From Chloroflexota bacterium (GTDB taxonomy: Bacteria; Chloroflexota; Limnocylindria; Limnocylindrales; CSP1-4), in contig JAJYJO010000002.1 in the NCBI GenBank assembly GCA_021789435.1, positions 3,713 through 67,712 of the forward strand: a stretch of 64,000 bases of DNA, given 5' to 3'. The stretch's first letter is position 1; every line of letters starts with the position of its first letter. The translations under genes were made by a program, and so were the position numbers. Under the pieces are notes generated by a model. The model was not told the DNA's origin and made no database searches. It worked only from the letters and a program-made list of their open reading frames with translations. Positions 60,901 through 64,000 of the stretch are shown in pieces.

Positions 60901-61181
60901 GCGCCAGTGGGCGCCGTTGTCGGCGCGGGCGAAGGGGCCGTCGGCGACGGCGAGACGGCCGGGCCGCTCAGGCGGCCGGGCAGCCAGGCGACGAGCAGAG
61001 CGATGATCGCGACCGCGGCCAGGCCCGTGACAAGCCGACCGACCTGGCGTCGGCGGCGGGCCGCGCGGGCGGGGCCGCGGGCGGGCAGCCCGTCGAGCGT
61101 CGTGCGGAGCGCGGGTGGCGCATCCGGCAGCGGGGCGGAGTGGAGCGCATGACGGAGGCGGCGTTCCAGGTCCTCGCTCAC
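57975..61181 (-). CDS. Membrane-anchored putative anti-sigma factor with large extracytoplasmic BNR/Asp-box (Ycf48/sialidase-like beta-propeller) repeat domain
   Basis: GTG start overlapping the ECF sigma stop (GTGA). ~44-aa cytoplasmic N-terminus, one TM 'LVTGLAAVAIIALLVAWL', then at least 11 S/T-x-D-G-G-x-T-W Asp-box repeats (TSDGGATWQ, TTDGGRTWS, TTDGGRSWQ, STDGGAHWT, TRDGGATWK, SADGGQTWR, TTDGGSTWT, TDDGGATWR, TSDGGATWQ, THDGGATWT, TTDGGRSWT). Confidence 0.7.
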   Translation of the reverse strand: MSEDLERRLRHALHSAPLPDAPPALRTTLDGLPARGPARAARRRRQVGRLVTGLAAVAIIALLVAWLPGRLSGPAVSPSPTAPSPAPTTAPTGAPFAGIRWTEAARTGGPDSPFLDGDTVMAGTAWQGGFVLVGNADRGQRAVVWTAADGLAWQRDESGPDFSTSVLQTVVPIAGGLLAVGTATAGDSACAGGVFGCNPAFPIRLWTSKDGRTWQRLPDASMAPFGRAQILSVAAGPAGVLAAGDQVPVTGDPKPMMWTSGDGRTWRAAPQFAGAFPGAVVDAVAGSSLGFVAVGRRFGQGPSALGGAWFSTDGSSWTEAKEVPGGPPELTFVVAAAGGLVAGGSTGTRSIVWSQDGRVWRPADQAAVPFALGGSGPTLLSDGGRILALGFDAGGAPGAWTSGDGSAWQVVPQRGAPTLDGSGFGVLSSAGALLVEPAGAGGSGQTVLWFGAWSVPPSVQPSPSPSGPPPGTPATVTSRPPAPDLFSLGFAGTSHGWAGGAGLILATSDGGATWQRQWSGSDSVVEIEALDERDVWAVAASATATGASVRNRLLVTTDGGASWVALPLTRQVTGLDVVGPGDAWAIDAAGGPGPGTLVHTTDGGRTWSPLSVGAVGSVCFADALHGWAAGARVLRTTDGGRSWQAVSATFPAWAGGDTTLRCSGSALWLFQGALGGATGNVNYAGYRSTDGGAHWTQVLGNPYFPGTPAGVGSADAEPGPFAAPDGSTAVELGASPNALEVSVTVTRDGGATWKSVPITGVGLEATALAAPDPTHLWIAGTGWGLGGYLLASADGGQTWRQQWPTASPAPVGDIAFVRTSLGYGVGLPGDARAFVRTTDGGSTWTRAAELPDGIGGYNAHVLSFADAAHGWIVTATGHLLATDDGGATWRQLPDPAGSSPIVGNGPVTQAALADSRHGCVAASVGTGAQLLEATSDGGATWQPAAGSDVLACAEGTIGIRLLASLSSLSPGSPTLPHLAAVTGQSDAWATVVDGALAVTHDGGATWTSLVWPASPRSPDPMAFSGPFELSFVDSANGWMLANDHRLYRTTDGGRSWTQLPGGGSSPGS

Positions 61182-61756
61182 GATCCGCCTCCTTGCCGCG
61201 GCAGGGCCATCTCGAGGTGCCGCTCCATCTGCTGGAGGGCGCGGTGCAGGCGTGACTTCACGGTGCCGAGCGGCAGGCCCAGGTGCTCTGCGACGGCGAC
61301 CAGTGTCAGGTCGGCCCAGTAGTGGAGCACGACGACGGTTCGCTCCTCGTCATCGAGGACGGCCAGCGCCCGGAGGGCCTCGTCGCGATCGATCACGGAG
61401 CGGAACGGATCGAGAGCGGCGGCGGCGTCGAGCGCCCCGTCCAGGACGATGAAGCGGACGCGTCGGACGCGTCGCAACCGGTCGCGACAGACATTGACCA
61501 GGATCCGGTCGAACCAGGCCTGGAAGCCGGCCGGTTCGCGGAGGGTGGCGGCCGAGCGCCAGGCACGCAGCAGGGCATCCTGGGTCGCGTCCTCCGCTTC
61601 GTGGGCGTCGCCGAGGATCAGGCCCGCCAGGCGGTAGGCACGGTCGAGCTCATGGCCGGCCAGCTCCAGGAAGCGGCGCTCGGTCTCCGTCGTCACGGTC
61701 CCGACCAGCCCTCCCTCCGGCCACGCGATTGACCGACCATCGAGTCGCGCTCGCAT
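61178..61756 (-). CDS. ECF (sigma-70 family, group 4) RNA polymerase sigma factor
   Basis: Region 2 'DATQDALLRAWRS...AWFDRILVNVCRDRLR', region 4 'RTVVVLHYWADLTLVAVAEHLGLPLGTVKSRLHRA'. Confidence 0.8.
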   Translation of the reverse strand: MRARLDGRSIAWPEGGLVGTVTTETERRFLELAGHELDRAYRLAGLILGDAHEAEDATQDALLRAWRSAATLREPAGFQAWFDRILVNVCRDRLRRVRRVRFIVLDGALDAAAALDPFRSVIDRDEALRALAVLDDEERTVVVLHYWADLTLVAVAEHLGLPLGTVKSRLHRALQQMERHLEMALPRQGGGS

Positions 61757-61813
61757 CGACTGTCCAGACGAGCGAGCATGAGGTTTGGTTCTCCCGGCGG
61801 GATGCGGCCCGCC

Positions 61814-62644
61814 TCAGGCGTCGATCTCGATGGGCGCAGGACGGGCGGCCGGCAGGCTCCCTGGATCATCGCGCCCCGGACCTGCCTGGGGCGCCTCCCC
61901 TGCGAGCCAGAGCCGTTCGCGGACGGCCACCAGGATCTCGAGAGGCGGCCCTGCCGCCGGCAGCCGCTCGGCGAGGGCCGTGAGCACCTCCTCCGCCCTG
62001 CCGATGCCGCCCTCCTGGCGGTGTCGGAGCCGCATCCAGAGGCCTGCCCGAGCCGAGCCCGGAACGTCGGGGCGAGCCGACGCGTCCGGCTCCTCGACCG
62101 CGATCCGCTCGATCAGCGGCCGCAGGTCGTAGGCGACCGCCTTCGTCTCGCGCTGGCGCGCGCGCTCCAGCCGCTCGGCTCCGAGCAGGCCGTCCGCCGC
62201 GGCGGCAAGGGCGGCCGGCGCGGCCCCACCGACCGTGAGGCGATAGTCGGCCGCCACGAGCCGGCTCGCCAGCGACGGAGCGCCGACCCAGGCGTCCTCC
62301 AGGTCGACCAGCTCGTAGCCGCGCGGCAGGTCGCGCCGCAGCCGGCCGCGAAGATCGGGCAGCGTCAGCCGCTCCGAGAGGAAGAGGTCGGCCAGCTCGC
62401 GCTCGCCGAGCATGCCCAGCGGCAGCGGAGCCGCGAAGATCAGGCGCGGTCGCGGGTTGAACCCCTCCGTCGTTGCGATCGGGATGCGGCCGCGCCGGAA
62501 GGCCCGCTCCCAGAGCTTGACCGCGTCGAGGTGGGCCAGGAAGCGGGCTTCCTCGCCGCGCCGGAAGACGAGCCGCCAGCGCTGGCGGACCTCGCTCACC
62601 TTCCCTCCCTGACCGCCGACCGGCCGCGGCGCCGGCAAGCGCAT
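61814..62644 (-). CDS. DUF2344 / TIGR03936-like (radical-SAM-linked) protein; start uncertain
   Basis: 'WRLVFRRGEEARFLAHLDAVKLWERAFRRGRIPIATTEGFNPRPRLIFAAPLPLGM' matches the TIGR03936 family. The N-terminal part of ORF 61814..62863 is low complexity. Confidence 0.55.
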   Translation of the reverse strand: MRLPAPRPVGGQGGKVSEVRQRWRLVFRRGEEARFLAHLDAVKLWERAFRRGRIPIATTEGFNPRPRLIFAAPLPLGMLGERELADLFLSERLTLPDLRGRLRRDLPRGYELVDLEDAWVGAPSLASRLVAADYRLTVGGAAPAALAAAADGLLGAERLERARQRETKAVAYDLRPLIERIAVEEPDASARPDVPGSARAGLWMRLRHRQEGGIGRAEEVLTALAERLPAAGPPLEILVAVRERLWLAGEAPQAGPGRDDPGSLPAARPAPIEIDA

Positions 62645-62738
62645 GCCGCCCACCCCGGACCCGCGCCGCGGCGATGCGGCGGCGCGAACCGTCCTCGATC
62701 GGCCGTTGCCCTCATCCGGTCTGCTAGTCTGCCCCACG

Positions 62739-64000
62739 ATGGAGCCTTTCGCCCAGCCCCGCGCCGGCGCGGCTCCCGGATCCGCCGACGGATCGACCGG
62801 AGCCACCTCGGCGGGCCGCGCCTCAGGCCAGGTCGGCCCGGATCGCCGCCTGCGGCCGCCCACGCCGCGGGTCGCCCTGCTGATTGCCGGCCTGGCCGTC
62901 CTGGCCGGGATCCTCTATCTCGGGCGCGACGTCCTGCCGCCGTTCGTCCTGGGGCTGCTGCTGGTCTACCTGCTCGACCCGCCCGTCGAGTTCCTCTCGC
63001 GGCTCTACCTGCCCCGCTGGCTGGCGGTCCTGCTCGTCTACGGGACGGCCCTGTTCGTGCTGATCGAGGGCGCCAACGTCCTGCTCGCGCCGCTGGTCCA
63101 GCAGATGAGCGCCTTCGCCAGCGGACTGCCCCGCTACCTGAACGAGATCGATCGCCAGCTGCAGCACCTGACGGCGGCCTACCGGGGCCTGGCCCTGCCG
63201 CCCGAGATCCGCCAGATCGTCGACCAGGCCATCAGCGGCCTGGGCAAGAGCGGGAGCTTCGACCCCACCGTCCTGCTGCCCGTCTTCGGATCGATCGCCG
63301 GCCTGATCGCGTCGCTCTTCGGCTACCTGGTGATCCCGGTCTGGGCCTTCTACCTGCTGCGCGACCGGCCGGCCCTGGCGGCCAGGCTCGATCGGGCCCT
63401 CCCGGAGGCCTGGCGGGCCGACGTCTGGGCCCTGATCGGGATCACCGACCGCGTGATCGGCCAGTGGCTTCGCGGCCTGCTCTTCCTCGGCTTCACCGTC
63501 GGCGTGTTCACCTACATCGGCCTGCTGGTGCTCTCGACGGTCGTCGATCCCCTGTTCGGACGCTACGCCCTCCTGCTGGCGATCGTCGCCGGCGTCTTCG
63601 AGCTCCTGCCGATCATCGGCCCGATCCTCTCGGCCATCCCCACCGGGCTCCTGGCGCTGACCGTCTCGATCCCCGCCGTCGTCGCCGTCGCGATCCTCTA
63701 CTTCGTCGTCCAGCAGGTGGAGAACTACCTGCTGGTCCCCAAGATCCAGGGTGACGCCGTCCGGCTCCACCCGAGCGTGGTGATGTTCGCCCTCATCCTC
63801 GGCGCCGCGATCGGCGGCCTGGTCGGGGCGATCCTCGCCCTCCCGATCACCGCCGCCGGCCGCGACGTGTTCCGCTACCTGTTCCACCGGCTCAGCGAGG
63901 CGGCGCCGTCCCCGGCCGTTCCCGCGCCGACGGGCCCGCTCCCGGAGGCTGGGGCAGTGGACCGGGCGGCCTCTGTCGGCGGGCGGGGCGAGCAGGCCGC
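62739..64000 (+). CDS. AI-2E family transporter (PerM/UPF0118), 3'-truncated by the window end
   Basis: ATG 62739; not in the ORF track because no stop occurs before 64000. TM protein with 'LLDPPVEFLSRLYLPRWLAVLLVY', 'IPVWAFYLLRD', 'LLPIIGPILSAIP', 'VENYLLVPKIQGDAVRLHP' family motifs. Confidence 0.7.
   Translation, partial: MEPFAQPRAGAAPGSADGSTGATSAGRASGQVGPDRRLRPPTPRVALLIAGLAVLAGILYLGRDVLPPFVLGLLLVYLLDPPVEFLSRLYLPRWLAVLLVYGTALFVLIEGANVLLAPLVQQMSAFASGLPRYLNEIDRQLQHLTAAYRGLALPPEIRQIVDQAISGLGKSGSFDPTVLLPVFGSIAGLIASLFGYLVIPVWAFYLLRDRPALAARLDRALPEAWRADVWALIGITDRVIGQWLRGLLFLGFTVGVFTYIGLLVLSTVVDPLFGRYALLLAIVAGVFELLPIIGPILSAIPTGLLALTVSIPAVVAVAILYFVVQQVENYLLVPKIQGDAVRLHPSVVMFALILGAAIGGLVGAILALPITAAGRDVFRYLFHRLSEAAPSPAVPAPTGPLPEAGAVDRAASVGGRGEQA

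Overview
Very GC-rich window (roughly 70%+ GC, codon third positions almost all G/C), so long antisense ORFs are common and genes were called from protein-family motifs, signal peptides, RBS/start context and 4-nt stop/start overlaps rather than ORF length. The gene content suggests a monoderm, high-GC Terrabacteria genome (Actinobacteria- or Chloroflexi-like).

Window content, left to right:
(1) 91-12121: a ~12 kb block of membrane GT-C glycosyltransferases. It holds four DUF2029/GT87-type and three PMT_2/ArnT-like enzymes, a Ppm1/DPM1-like GT2 polyprenol-phosphate-sugar synthase, an acyltransferase-3 and a SAM methyltransferase.
(2) 12147-22824: a DegS/DegU-like two-component system with a degenerate pseudo-kinase paralog, four tandem Flp pilin genes and a secretin-less Tad pilus locus (cpaB, cpaE, cpaF, tadB, tadC, DUF192).
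(3) 22915-25724: comFC, hpf and nfo.
(4) 25721-32619: two more GT-C enzymes, an XRE regulator, an orphan secreted protein and a FixL/FixJ-like PAS kinase/response regulator pair.
(5) 32671-56093: a ~23 kb co-directional housekeeping block on the minus strand. In transcription order it runs rplU (long C-terminal tail), rpmA, rpmE, DUF1385, prfA, a GDE-like glucosidase, prmC, a HAD hydrolase, tsaC, glyA, wecA, two atpZ/atpI-like genes, the F1Fo ATP synthase operon atpBEFHAGDC, murA, mreB, a PHP phosphoesterase and an LPG-synthase-like membrane protein.
(6) 56315-64000: an S8/S53 peptidase, an ECF sigma factor with a membrane anti-sigma carrying a ~950-aa BNR/Asp-box ectodomain, DUF2344 and a 3'-truncated AI-2E transporter.

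Most interesting: the GT-C glycosyltransferase super-cluster brackets the Flp/Tad locus and shares a conserved promoter-like element (CCATTCGTA... CCGGGACC-GGTGCTAnAnT) with the cpaB operon. Adjacent to the flp array sits a pseudo-kinase-containing DegS/DegU module, and CpaE carries a canonical receiver domain. Together this suggests a co-regulated pilus plus surface-glycosylation system, with possible O-glycosylation of Flp pilins or another surface glycan; this is inference.
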